In this document: piece by piece, positions 48,168-58,177 of the stretch | How positions within the stretch are numbered: the first letter of the stretch is position 1 | How the letters are laid out: each line of letters opens with the position of its first letter | Assembly: GCA_041484665.1 (NCBI GenBank) | Contig: JBGPIA010000001.1 | Span: 224,001-288,000 of the forward strand | DNA from: Candidatus Krumholzibacteriia bacterium | GTDB taxonomy: Bacteria > Krumholzibacteriota > Krumholzibacteriia > JAJRXK01 | Reading direction: 5' to 3' | Length of the DNA stretch: 64,000 nt | Translations under genes and position numbers: made by a program | Notes under the pieces: model-generated | What the model saw: only the letters and a program-made list of their open reading frames with translations | What the model was told of the DNA's origin: nothing | Databases searched by the model: none

Positions 48168-51100
48168 TCAGCGCACCAGGGCGATCGGGCGGTGCAGCAG
48201 CGTGGCTCCGCGGCGCACGAGCACGTAATAGACCCCGCTCGCCACGGTCCGCCCGCGCCCGTCTCGCCCGTCCCAGACGAGCTCGGCGGGTCCGGCCGGC
48301 AGCACGCCGTCAAGCAGGGATCGCACCAGCCGGCCGCGTGCGTCCACGATGGTGACCTCGACTTCGGATTCCCGGTCCAGCTCCAGGCGGATCGCCGTGC
48401 GCGGATTGAAGGGATTGGGAACGTTGGGCAGAAGCGCAAGCGTGGTTCTCGTCGGCACGCCAGGCACCAGGGTGGCAGTGGCGCACCCGACTCCCAGCGC
48501 CCCGAGCGGGCCGCAGCCGGCCAGGTCGGCCGCCGGCGAGCCGGCGGCCAGCCGGTAGTCACCGCCCGCCTCGTTGCAGAAGTACGGCTCGAACGAGAAG
48601 TTGCCGGCCATCGCCAGTGAGTCGGTCACGCCGGGGCCGTCGAAGCGCCGCCCGGCCCCGAAGAAATCGTTGCACCGCATGCGGAGGACCGCCTGCGGCG
48701 CCTGGACGGTGAGCAGGACCCCAGGGACGTGGGTGAGGATGCAGCGCGTGAGGGCCAGGGAGTCCGCCACGGCCTCGAGCACGATCCCGCCCGCGAGGCC
48801 CGCCAGGGTGCAACGCTCGGCGCGCAAGGCCCCCCTGCGCACCAGGATTCCGGAGCCGCCGCCGGCGATCAGCACCCGGCGCATCCGGGGGAGCCCACCG
48901 CGGATCACCACCCCGATGGCGCAACCTCGCAGCTCCACATCCTCCAGCGCGGCGGAGCACGAGTCCAACAGCGCCCCGACGACGGGACCGCTGATGGTCA
49001 ACCCGCGCACGCGCGCGGTGGTGTCCTGTGGCGACAGTTCGCCGGGCCCGCCGGACGCCACGGCCCAGGTCAGCGCGCTCGCGTTCAGGAGGGTCACACC
49101 CGTCCCCCGCCCCAGCACGGTGATCCCCGACTTCAGGGGGATGAGCGCGCGACCGGGGAGCCCGTCCACGACTACCGGCGACGGCGCGGTGAACGTGCCG
49201 GCCGAGAGCGCGATGGTGTCCCCGGGCGCGGCAGCGCTCGACGCCGCGCCCACGGTGGCGAAGGGGCGCTCCGCGGGCCCACACCCGAATACGTCGCTGC
49301 CCGAGGGCGCCACCCAGCGCACGCGCGAGCCTGCCGGCGGGCCGAACTCGAGGTCGTCGATCGTCCATCCATAGGACTGGCCCGACGCGTCGCTGACGCG
49401 GCGCAGCCGCACGCGCGCCCGCTGGCCGGCGTAGGTTGAGACGTCGAGCGACTCGTGGACCCAATCGGCGGGCGTCAGCAAGCCGTCGAGCCAGTTGGCC
49501 GGATCGCCCGCGAGCTCCTGGTGGTCCGCGCCCCGGTAGCGCGCGAGCTCGATCCAGTGCCCACCATCGTCGACGCTGATCTCCGCCAGCGCCACGTCCC
49601 CGTCATCGGCCAGGTGCGCGGCGTGCACGAAGCGCAGCCGGCTATCGCTGGTGAGGTCGATCGGGTCGTTGAGAGTGAGCGTTGCCTCGCTGCTCGGCGC
49701 GTAGCTGGGTGCGGAGAGCGGCCCATCGCGGAAATTCAGCGGGCCATCGAAGCCTGGGGGCCCGGTCGCGAAGCCCTGCAGGGTCACTGCGGAGAGGATG
49801 CCCGACACGTCAGGACCGTCCAAGCGGGCCTCGAAGCGGCACGCGGTCGGGCCCACGAACACGCTGGCTACGGCGCTCGCGCCCGCCACACCGAGCGTGA
49901 CCGGGCGCACGCTGACACTGTGGTGTCCCTGCTGCATCCCGATCGTGGTCTGCGTGGCCGAGCCGGGCAGGAGCGTCGCGACCGCCCCGTCGACCACCAC
50001 GCGCAGCGAGTCGTACGCCCCCGCGTTGGTCCAGCGCGCTTCAACCTGGTCGAAGGACGGATCGAGATTGCGCGGGTGGACGCTGAGGGCGAGCGGCGCC
50101 AGCAGGCTCGCCGCAGACGCCGGACGCCACACGAGCAGCGCCGCTCCCCCGGCGGCAAGGGTCGCCGCCTGCTGCTGCAGCCGGATCGTGAGCACGGTGT
50201 CGGTCGGAGCGTAGAGTACGAGCGCGGCCGACCGTTCGAGCGCATTGAGCGGGTCGGCCTGGGAGAGGACCGCGCCAAGGTCGGAGAGCCAGGCGAGCTG
50301 CGGGCGCGCGTCGTCCACCGGCCGGTCGGCGTGGACCTGCACCAGAGCGCCCGCGGCCATCGGAATCCGTACCAGGTCCACGTCACCCGTCGGATAGAGC
50401 GTGCGCGGGGCAAAGCGCTCCACGTTTGGAAGACGCGGCGTGGGGAGGCGCGGCGTGAAATCGGCGGCGGAATCCGTGTCCGTCGCCAGGCTGTCGCGTG
50501 CCAGCGAGAAGCCCAACCCCGGCGCCAGCAGGGTCCCGGTGAATACCTGCCCGGCGGGCACGGGCTCCTGCGAGGGCACCGAGCCGCCGCCTCCCGACCA
50601 ACGCACGAAGTCCACGGCAACGCCCGCGGCGTTGCGCAGGATGCAGGCGCCGTCGTCCTGCTCCCGCCACGGGATGCTCCACGCGGGATCGTAGAGGTCG
50701 CTGGCTCGGTTCTGCGCCGGGTTGCCGCCTTCGTGCAGCACCAGGCTGCGTCCGGGCGCCAGGCGGACGCCGGCGGGCAGCGTCGTCGTGCGCGTGGCGC
50801 CCGCGCCGAAGCCGTTGCGCCGCACGGCTACGCTCCAGCTCGAGAGGTCGGCGGTGGACGCTCCACTGTTGGTGAGCTCGACCGCATCGCGCTCGCCCAG
50901 CAGCAGCTCGCCCAGGACGACGCGGCCGCCCGGGTTCAGGGGCGGCTGCGCCCATGGCAAGAGCAACGGCGCGGCGGCCGCCAGGTTGTCGGGCTCGGCC
51001 GCATCCACGAAGAGCGCGGTGCCGCCTTGCTCGACGCTGATCGTGCGCAGTGCGGCGGCGTCGCCGTAGGCCGCCAGCCACAGTGCGTGCAGGTCCTGGT

Positions 51101-52622
51101 AGGTGAGCGGGTCGGCGGCCGGCCGCCCGACCGCCCCGGCCGTCGCCTGCGCAAACCAGCGCGTGCCATCCGCCTCCAGCGGGTCGTCGTCCCCCGGCGC
51201 GCCGTCGGCCGTCGACGCGCCGTCGATCAGGTCCCACAGCATCGCCGCGACGTTGACGACCCCCAGCTGACCGCGGGCGGCAGCCACCTCACCCGTGGTG
51301 AGTGCCCGCGTCTCGAGGTCGACACCGCCCTGCGCCAGAGCCGAGAAGCCCAGCGGCGGCGGAAAGCCCAGGTCCACGATCTGAGAGACCGCGCTGTCGG
51401 CCGGCGCGCCCCCCTCCGCTTGCCGCGCACCGGCGCGCCACGCGCGAACCGCGCAGGCGAAGGCGAGCGCGCTGCCGTCGCCATAGGCGAGCCGCGGGTC
51501 GACGTCGGCCTCGGCTAGATCCAGGGTGCCGGTGAGATCGAGGCGGCCGAAGCGTTGCAGCGCCCACTGGCCCATCACTGCCAGCAGCAGCGCGTCCGCC
51601 CACCCGTCGGTGTCGCCCGAGCCCGGCGAGGCCACGCGGAAAGCGCCGTCGGCGTACGCCGTCCGGGCGATCGTGCCGGCCGGGTCCCACACGATGGGGG
51701 GCACCGAGCCTGGAACGGGCGGAGCACCCAGCGCGTAAGGCGACGCGAGGAAGTCGACACAATCCTCGGCGCAATCCAGCAGGTTGAGGGCCTGGACTGG
51801 GCCTTGGCCCGTGGCGTCGTGGAGTGCAATCGTGCCCAAGGACACGGTCGCCCCGGGCGCCACGCTGGCGACGATCGCCGCCGTGACGGATTCGGAGTGC
51901 GCTCCGGTCAGGTCGCCTGCGGGCCCCGCCCGATCGACCACGCGCAGCTCGACCCCCAAGCGCACGGCCTGGGCCAGCACGCGCAGGCGCACCGTCGTCG
52001 TGTCGGACAGCACAGCGGTCAGCGCAAAGCTGCCATCCGCGCTGGTCGTGCCGGAAGCGAGCAGCGAGTCGTCGGGGAGACGCGCCAGCTCGAGCGCGCA
52101 CGCGCGCACCGGTAGCAGTCGGCTCGTGGTGAGATACCCGGACAGCCCGTAGGCACGATCGCGGTACAAGAGGCGCCCTTGTACGACCGTCGAGCCGTCC
52201 GCGCGGCGCTTGGCCGCGACGGGCGCCGCGCGGCGCACCGGGTCGCTACCGGAGTCGCGTCCGGCCGCCGGGGAACGCCAGAGAGCGGAGCGCCGCAGCA
52301 GTCCATCCTCCAGCACGGCTTCCCAGACCGCCTCGACCGCGCGGGCGCCCGGCGGAGGCGCCAGGGGATGCAACGAAGGCTCGGGCGCGGACCATTCCGA
52401 CCAGCCCGCTGCGGTGAGTGTCCTCCAGCGCCAGGCCGTACGCCCGGCGTCGCCGGGCAACGGCTGCAGGACGGGGACCAGTGATCCATCCGAACGCGGC
52501 TGCAGTACGAGCGCGGCGGCGGGCCGGGCCCGGGCACTCCACGGCGCGGACGCTCCGAGCGCTGCGAGCACGGCGGGCAGCAGGACGAGCCTCAGGAAGC
52601 GGGGGCGTGGGTGGCGGGGCAT
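48168..52622 (-). CDS. large secreted multidomain protein (degenerate protease domain, lamin-tail-like, beta-helix, FlgD-type CTD)
   Basis: Signal peptide; VEL.N.G....DLS.W; GW.IDD; PFAT...GD.I....G.F; PNPFNP...WDGRD. Confidence 0.75.
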   Translation of the reverse strand: MPRHPRPRFLRLVLLPAVLAALGASAPWSARARPAAALVLQPRSDGSLVPVLQPLPGDAGRTAWRWRTLTAAGWSEWSAPEPSLHPLAPPPGARAVEAVWEAVLEDGLLRRSALWRSPAAGRDSGSDPVRRAAPVAAKRRADGSTVVQGRLLYRDRAYGLSGYLTTSRLLPVRACALELARLPDDSLLASGTTSADGSFALTAVLSDTTTVRLRVLAQAVRLGVELRVVDRAGPAGDLTGAHSESVTAAIVASVAPGATVSLGTIALHDATGQGPVQALNLLDCAEDCVDFLASPYALGAPPVPGSVPPIVWDPAGTIARTAYADGAFRVASPGSGDTDGWADALLLAVMGQWALQRFGRLDLTGTLDLAEADVDPRLAYGDGSALAFACAVRAWRAGARQAEGGAPADSAVSQIVDLGFPPPLGFSALAQGGVDLETRALTTGEVAAARGQLGVVNVAAMLWDLIDGASTADGAPGDDDPLEADGTRWFAQATAGAVGRPAADPLTYQDLHALWLAAYGDAAALRTISVEQGGTALFVDAAEPDNLAAAAPLLLPWAQPPLNPGGRVVLGELLLGERDAVELTNSGASTADLSSWSVAVRRNGFGAGATRTTTLPAGVRLAPGRSLVLHEGGNPAQNRASDLYDPAWSIPWREQDDGACILRNAAGVAVDFVRWSGGGGSVPSQEPVPAGQVFTGTLLAPGLGFSLARDSLATDTDSAADFTPRLPTPRLPNVERFAPRTLYPTGDVDLVRIPMAAGALVQVHADRPVDDARPQLAWLSDLGAVLSQADPLNALERSAALVLYAPTDTVLTIRLQQQAATLAAGGAALLVWRPASAASLLAPLALSVHPRNLDPSFDQVEARWTNAGAYDSLRVVVDGAVATLLPGSATQTTIGMQQGHHSVSVRPVTLGVAGASAVASVFVGPTACRFEARLDGPDVSGILSAVTLQGFATGPPGFDGPLNFRDGPLSAPSYAPSSEATLTLNDPIDLTSDSRLRFVHAAHLADDGDVALAEISVDDGGHWIELARYRGADHQELAGDPANWLDGLLTPADWVHESLDVSTYAGQRARVRLRRVSDASGQSYGWTIDDLEFGPPAGSRVRWVAPSGSDVFGCGPAERPFATVGAASSAAAPGDTIALSAGTFTAPSPVVVDGLPGRALIPLKSGITVLGRGTGVTLLNASALTWAVASGGPGELSPQDTTARVRGLTISGPVVGALLDSCSAALEDVELRGCAIGVVIRGGLPRMRRVLIAGGGSGILVRRGALRAERCTLAGLAGGIVLEAVADSLALTRCILTHVPGVLLTVQAPQAVLRMRCNDFFGAGRRFDGPGVTDSLAMAGNFSFEPYFCNEAGGDYRLAAGSPAADLAGCGPLGALGVGCATATLVPGVPTRTTLALLPNVPNPFNPRTAIRLELDRESEVEVTIVDARGRLVRSLLDGVLPAGPAELVWDGRDGRGRTVASGVYYVLVRRGATLLHRPIALVR

Positions 52623-52826
52623 CGGTTGCTCGAATCAAGTCGCTGCATCGAGTCTAGCCGGCGCGGGTGGTGTCGGGCAACCCACACAACCCAAGCCTCG
52701 GCCGCCGTTGCGGCGGCTCCCGGCGCAAACACGACGGCGCAGACGCCGTGGCCGCAGGGCCGCGCGTCCAGGCGCAGCGCCGAGCGCGCCCGCGGGAGTC
52801 CTCGCTCCCGCGGGCGGCCCGATCCT

Positions 52827-55800
52827 CTATTTGACCAGCGTGATCTTGCGTTGGTCGCTGGCGCTCGCGGACTCCAGCCGCACGATGTAGACGCCGCTGG
52901 CCACCTGCTGGCCCGCGTCGTCGTGGCCATCCCAGGTGATCTCGTAGCGGCCCGCCGGGCGTGTCTCGCTGACCAGCGTACGCACCATGCGGCCCGCAGC
53001 GTCGTAGACAACGACCCGTACGTCCCCCTCCCGCGCCAGATCGAACGAGACCGCCGTGCGCGGGTTGAATGGGTTGGGGTGCACGTCGGACAGCGCCGTG
53101 ACGTTGGGCAGATTCGGACTCGACGCCACGTCGGTGGCCGGCTGCAGGATGCTCAGGCGGTAGGTTCCCGATTTCGTCAGGTCCGCCGACGACGTCTTCC
53201 ACACGCCCACGCCGTAGAAGCCGGCCGTCGTGATGTTGACGGTGACCCACTCGTTGAAGCCGGGGCCGTTCAGGAACGAGGTTCCGTTCGTCACCGATCC
53301 CGACCGGTTGTCGTAGACCGCAGCCTGGTCGTGCATCGTCAGACCCCAGTCCACGCTGCCCGACAGGTTCTCCAGGCGCACATTGTAGGTGCCCACGGCC
53401 AGGAACACCTCGTAGAGGTGCATGATATGACCCGGGCCCAGGAGTACCGGCCCGTAGGACACCGGCGTACCGCCCAGGTAGAGCGACGTGACGGCTTCCG
53501 CGGTGTAGCCCTGCGCGCTGGCCCAGTTGACGATCCCCGCGTCGAGCCGACGGAACGCCGTCCGATTGAAGTTGGCCACGACGTAGTCGGACGCGGCGGT
53601 ACCCCAGGTGGAGGACGCCAGCACGATGTCGAAGCCGGTCTTGGCGTTGGGGGCAACCTCGTGGTAGCGCACGTCCACATCGCTCGTGGGTCCGGGCATC
53701 ACCGCCACGCCGCCCCAGTACCCCGTCCCGGGCGAGAACAAAGGTGTCCGCAGCCCATCACAATTGACGTAGTACGGCTCGCCGGTGGTGACGTCCGTCA
53801 GCCCGCCGAGCCTGTCCGGCGGGTTGTTGCGCGACACCGGAGTCGCCAGCGCCAGCGCGGAGGGTTGCCACACCCACTGCTGGCCATTGATGTTGTTGTT
53901 CTCGTAGATCTCCTCGACGCTGTTGTCCGGATCCAGGTGCACCGACAGCGTGTGGCGACCACCACCGATCGTCCACGCCGCGTTCCAGTTCCACACCGCG
54001 GATGTGTAGGGGCCGTACGGCCAGCTGTCGAAGTACCAGTAGGCGGTCCCGTCGAGATAGGTCAGCGTGTGCAGGAACGGATCGCCGGTCGGGCTGATGT
54101 TGGCGAATCCGTAGTTGAAGTAGGTCGACGCGACGTCGCCCCACAGCACTGCCGGCGCCGGCGCCGAGCCGGGGGTGCCATCGTTGGCCGGTCTGGGCAC
54201 CAGCGGCGCGTACCAGCCCGCGGCCAGGTATGGCGTGTAGTCCGGCGGCGTCGTGCTCTCCTCGATCGTCACATTGATGGGAGCGGTGCCGTCCTTGGGA
54301 TCCCGGTACACCACCAGCCCATAGTACCCGGACGATCCGATGTTCATGTCGAGCCGCGCACGGCCCGTCGTCGCGTCGGTCACGCTGGTGTAGCTGTAGG
54401 TAAAGAGGCTCCCCTGGGTGAAGGTCCGGTCCAACCAGTTTACGTGGACCGGCCCCTGGGACGGATCCGCAAGGTCCACGGTCACGCTCACCGGTCCTAC
54501 GTTGGCCACAGGGATAAAGCACTCCCACATCTTCAGCATCTCGCCGGCGCCGAACGACACGGGGATGGAATCCTGGAAGGCGAGGTAGCTGTTGGTCGCC
54601 TGCATCGCCCGGTAGTTGCTCGTTCCCAGATGGAACAGGTCGTAGTTGACGACCCCCACGTCGTACTGCTGGTAGGCCGTGGTGTTGCGGTTGACGAACA
54701 CCGCGTCCAGGCACCCTTCCAGACGGCCGGAGTACGCCAGCGACGAAGCGAACCCGTCGTAGGCGCCGCTCGAAGGGTTGTGCAGCGTGAGGTCGTAGTC
54801 CTCGCCCAGGTTCAGGGCGTACCCGTAGACCGCCGTCCACCACAAGTTCGGGCTGGCGCGCAGACCGTCGCAGTTCACGTAGTAACCCGATCCGTCCACG
54901 ATCGAGCCCGTTCCGCCGTAGCGGCTCGGCGGCGCGGTCCGAACGACCTCCACGCCGTCGGCGATGTTCAGCGGCGTCCATATCCACTGCCGCGCCCACC
55001 GGTTGTCGAACTCGTTGGTCTCGGCGATGTTGTCCACTGCGTCGTGGATGAACTCGTAGGTGTGCCGGCCGCCGCGCACGGTGCTCGGGCCCCAGTTCGG
55101 CGCGTAGTACGCCCCACTCGCGCCGATCGACCCCCAGGACACCCACAGCTGGTGCTCGTTGTCGACTCTCAGCTCACCCCAGAACCCCGTGGAGGTCGCC
55201 GACTCGCCGTTGTTGATCCCGTAGATGTTCATGTAGGTACTGGCCGCGTTGCCCGGCAGCGTGACCGGCGCGGGGACGCTGTTCAGGTTCGCGTCCGCCG
55301 CCCCGCGCGGCACCACGGGGTGCGCCCAGCCCGCGCGCAGGGCGTAGACCAGATTCGCCGGCTCCGGTGCGCGGATCGTGAACGGTCCGTAGGCGGCGTA
55401 GGTTGCGCTCCAGCGCCCAGCGTAGTCCACCGAGCGGATATTGAAGTAGTAGGTGCCCGGGGACAGGATCCCGGTGGTGTAGCTCGTGACGTTGCCCAGC
55501 TCCGCGATCGCGTCGGGGAATACGAACCCGCTTGCGATCACGATGCTGTAGCCGGCCGTCCCCGAGCAATCGTCCAGGGCCCGCGCCCACGTGAAGTCCA
55601 CCGTGGGGTCCGGCGAGCTGGTGAACGGGGCGTGGCTGGGTGACGTCAGGCCCGTGACCGCGCTCGGAGGAGCGCCGTCGAGCTCGTAGCCGTTGTTCTT
55701 GGCCGTCTGCCACAAGGGCTCGCACCAGCCCGGGTAGCGCGCCTTGAACTTGTTGAGGAAGTCATACGGGTTGAGCGGGTTGTCGAGGTCGATGGTGGTC

Positions 55801-57329
55801 AGGATCGGCCCTGGCCCAACGCTGAGCTGGTCGATGCCCGCAGCGAAGCTCGGATCGTTGTCGTTGGTCGAGTCCTCGATGTCCCGCAGCGCCGCAGCGA
55901 TGAAGCCCTCCGTGCGCTGCACGTCGTCGAGCGCCCCGCCGCAAGTGGCCACCGATTCGAAGTTGTAGATGGCCGTCGCCGCCAGGCCGTACGTGCCGGC
56001 GTACGACCGCGGGATGATGTCCCCTAGCCAGTCCGGCGCGCCCTCATTCCACGCGTCGTGGTCCGTCTCGCGGCACCACAGGCAGTGCCCACACGGGGGC
56101 GGAGTGTCGCAGATGCTGTTGCAGTAGTCGGGGGTCTGCCCGGTCGCGAAGTTGTAGATGAAGTGGTGCCCATACTCGTGGGACTGGGTATTCTCGTTCC
56201 ACTGCTCCCCGCTGCTCATGTGGATCGAGCCGTTGTAATAGGCGCCATCGGTCCCGTCGGGCCAGTAGCCGCGCAGCCCCGGGCAGTCGTACCCGCGGTT
56301 CTGCAGCCAGCGCCAGGTGCGGGTCAGGTCGGTCAGCAGGTGCAGCGACGGGAAATCCGCCGGATTACCCGGCTCGAGCCACCCGAAGTCGAGGTCGGTG
56401 CCGGTGTAATTGCCGACCGTCCCGGTGCGCCAGCTATAGCGCGAGCCGCCGGTATTGGTGATCTCGACCTTGGTGTTGGCGCAGTCGAAGACGATGTAGA
56501 TGTCCGGCTCGCTGCCGCACCAGAGAAAGCAGCCGCTCCAGAAGAACGTGACGTCGTAGTAGCCGAACGCGTCGGTTGCGACATCGGCGAGGCCGTAGTC
56601 CACGACTGAGTTCTGGTCGTAGATGTGCGCCGTGACGCCATCGGCCCCGATCGTCTGTCCGTCCCACCGCTGGTAGACGAAGCGGCCGTGCACCCGGATA
56701 TTGCGGTTGGCCGCAGGCTGGGCCTGCCCCGGGTTGCCGCCACTCTTCTGCAGCTCTTCCGCCTGGGGTGACAAGGGCCGCTGGACCGGCGGCAGGGGTG
56801 CGGGCCGCGCCAGCGTGTTGTCGATCCCGGGGAACGGGGTGACCTGCGCGTCGGGGATGCGTTGCGTTGGCATCGGTCCCTGGGCAACCTCATAGGCGTG
56901 CGCGGAGACGTCCAGGTGCGCCTGGTAGGGCATTCCGTCGACCTCGAACGTCACCGTCAGCGGCATGGCCGGGTCCGACGGCGTGGCCGAGAACGGCACC
57001 CGCACGTTCTGGCGGGCGCCGATCTTCCCCAGGGCAGCGATCTGCAGCGGCGCGACGGACCAGCCATCGCCCTCTACGCGCAGACCGGTGATGGTGGACT
57101 CGTAGGTCGGCGTGATCACTAAGACGTCCTGGAACTGCTGGCCCGCTTGTGCAGCGTGCGGGGGGTTGCCTAGACGCACCTCCACGAACGGGCGCACGGT
57201 GGCCCAGGCCTCCGGCGCGGCCACCAGCGCGGTCACTGCCAGCGCGAGCAGGCAGGTGAGCAGGGCCTTCGATCCGGTGACCGGCAGAGCAGTCCGCTGC
57301 CGGACACCTGCGCGGTGTCGGGTTGTCAT
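52827..57329 (-). CDS. large secreted zinc metalloprotease-like protein with internal repeat and FlgD-type CTD
   Basis: Signal peptide; HEYGH...AWNEG; two GW..P.VPR...E..E.NN units; PNPFNP...WDG.D. Confidence 0.8.
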   Translation of the reverse strand: MTTRHRAGVRQRTALPVTGSKALLTCLLALAVTALVAAPEAWATVRPFVEVRLGNPPHAAQAGQQFQDVLVITPTYESTITGLRVEGDGWSVAPLQIAALGKIGARQNVRVPFSATPSDPAMPLTVTFEVDGMPYQAHLDVSAHAYEVAQGPMPTQRIPDAQVTPFPGIDNTLARPAPLPPVQRPLSPQAEELQKSGGNPGQAQPAANRNIRVHGRFVYQRWDGQTIGADGVTAHIYDQNSVVDYGLADVATDAFGYYDVTFFWSGCFLWCGSEPDIYIVFDCANTKVEITNTGGSRYSWRTGTVGNYTGTDLDFGWLEPGNPADFPSLHLLTDLTRTWRWLQNRGYDCPGLRGYWPDGTDGAYYNGSIHMSSGEQWNENTQSHEYGHHFIYNFATGQTPDYCNSICDTPPPCGHCLWCRETDHDAWNEGAPDWLGDIIPRSYAGTYGLAATAIYNFESVATCGGALDDVQRTEGFIAAALRDIEDSTNDNDPSFAAGIDQLSVGPGPILTTIDLDNPLNPYDFLNKFKARYPGWCEPLWQTAKNNGYELDGAPPSAVTGLTSPSHAPFTSSPDPTVDFTWARALDDCSGTAGYSIVIASGFVFPDAIAELGNVTSYTTGILSPGTYYFNIRSVDYAGRWSATYAAYGPFTIRAPEPANLVYALRAGWAHPVVPRGAADANLNSVPAPVTLPGNAASTYMNIYGINNGESATSTGFWGELRVDNEHQLWVSWGSIGASGAYYAPNWGPSTVRGGRHTYEFIHDAVDNIAETNEFDNRWARQWIWTPLNIADGVEVVRTAPPSRYGGTGSIVDGSGYYVNCDGLRASPNLWWTAVYGYALNLGEDYDLTLHNPSSGAYDGFASSLAYSGRLEGCLDAVFVNRNTTAYQQYDVGVVNYDLFHLGTSNYRAMQATNSYLAFQDSIPVSFGAGEMLKMWECFIPVANVGPVSVTVDLADPSQGPVHVNWLDRTFTQGSLFTYSYTSVTDATTGRARLDMNIGSSGYYGLVVYRDPKDGTAPINVTIEESTTPPDYTPYLAAGWYAPLVPRPANDGTPGSAPAPAVLWGDVASTYFNYGFANISPTGDPFLHTLTYLDGTAYWYFDSWPYGPYTSAVWNWNAAWTIGGGRHTLSVHLDPDNSVEEIYENNNINGQQWVWQPSALALATPVSRNNPPDRLGGLTDVTTGEPYYVNCDGLRTPLFSPGTGYWGGVAVMPGPTSDVDVRYHEVAPNAKTGFDIVLASSTWGTAASDYVVANFNRTAFRRLDAGIVNWASAQGYTAEAVTSLYLGGTPVSYGPVLLGPGHIMHLYEVFLAVGTYNVRLENLSGSVDWGLTMHDQAAVYDNRSGSVTNGTSFLNGPGFNEWVTVNITTAGFYGVGVWKTSSADLTKSGTYRLSILQPATDVASSPNLPNVTALSDVHPNPFNPRTAVSFDLAREGDVRVVVYDAAGRMVRTLVSETRPAGRYEITWDGHDDAGQQVASGVYIVRLESASASDQRKITLVK

Positions 57330-57350
57330 GATGGGCTTCTCCCGGTCCTG

Positions 57351-57926
57351 CTACTGGTTTCCGCTCTTGGGCGCGGCCTGCGGCACGGGACGCTCGACGG
57401 GCTGGCCGGGGGCCTTGGGAGTGGTCATCTCGCGGATGGCAGCCTCGAGTTGCTCGGCCACGGCCGTGCGGCCCTCCGCGCGGGCGAAGCCGGCTTGGAT
57501 CCCCAGGACCTTCAGCTCGGTCCCCAGCTTCGTCTCCTGGATCTTCTTCTGGATCTCCAGCGCCGCCGCCTGGTCGGTGGTCTGTGTGAAGCGGGTCTCG
57601 AGCTCGGCCACGGCCGTCTTCTCATCCTCGAGGACCTGCTTGATCTCGGCCTGCATCGGCGTCAGCGGGCGCTCCGCCGGCGGCGCGCTCGCCGTGGGAT
57701 TCTGGACCGGTTGGCCTGGCTGCGTGCCCTGCGGCTGGGCGGCCTGGCCGCCCTGGGCGTGCACCTCGCCAGCGCCGCTGCTGGCCGGGCTGGCGGCCGG
57801 CTCGGCCGCGCTGGACGCCTGCGGGCCGGATGCAGGTTGCGGGTTGACCTTGTTGGACGCGAGCGCGGACGCCGCGCAGGCAAACGAGAGAGCAAGGGCC
57901 AGCAACGAAAGAGCGCGTCGGTTCAT
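57351..57926 (-). CDS. secreted hypothetical protein with helical hairpin
   Basis: Signal peptide ending ALA; Q/P/A linker; coiled coil; GGAGG RBS. Confidence 0.7.
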   Translation of the reverse strand: MNRRALSLLALALSFACAASALASNKVNPQPASGPQASSAAEPAASPASSGAGEVHAQGGQAAQPQGTQPGQPVQNPTASAPPAERPLTPMQAEIKQVLEDEKTAVAELETRFTQTTDQAAALEIQKKIQETKLGTELKVLGIQAGFARAEGRTAVAEQLEAAIREMTTPKAPGQPVERPVPQAAPKSGNQ

Positions 57927-58079
57927 GCTTGGACACCTCCGTCAGAGTGGGTCCTGGGGGCGGGAGGTCGTAGCGCCTGCGAGGGACCGGCGCCGGGTGC
58001 AGCCGCAGGGCGCAGGCGCGTGGCAGCGCGTGGGATCTGCCCGGCGCCGTGCCTGTCGAGCCATCCGCCCTGAGGCAGA

Positions 58080-58103
58080 ACGTCTCGTCGGCTGACGAGA
58101 CGT
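58080..58103. repeat. perfect 10-bp inverted repeat in the 5' leader
   Basis: acgtctcgtc-ggct-gacgagacgt. Confidence 0.7.
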
Positions 58104-58119
58104 CTTGCTCAACTGGACG

Positions 58120-58149
58120 ATTGTACGCTGCACGGAGAACGGGTGTCAA
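58120..58149 (-). promoter_or_regulatory. near-consensus sigma70 promoter
   Basis: Minus strand TTGACA-N18-TACAAT upstream of 57926. Confidence 0.7.
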
Positions 58150-58177
58150 ACGCACCGGCGCACGCGGGGCGTGGCGC

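Noticed and set aside
52611..55643. Long opposite-strand ORFs (also 49455-51518, 30962-33154, 43004-44911, 10983-12917)
   Set aside because: Antisense shadows of GC3-rich real genes; no recognisable motifs
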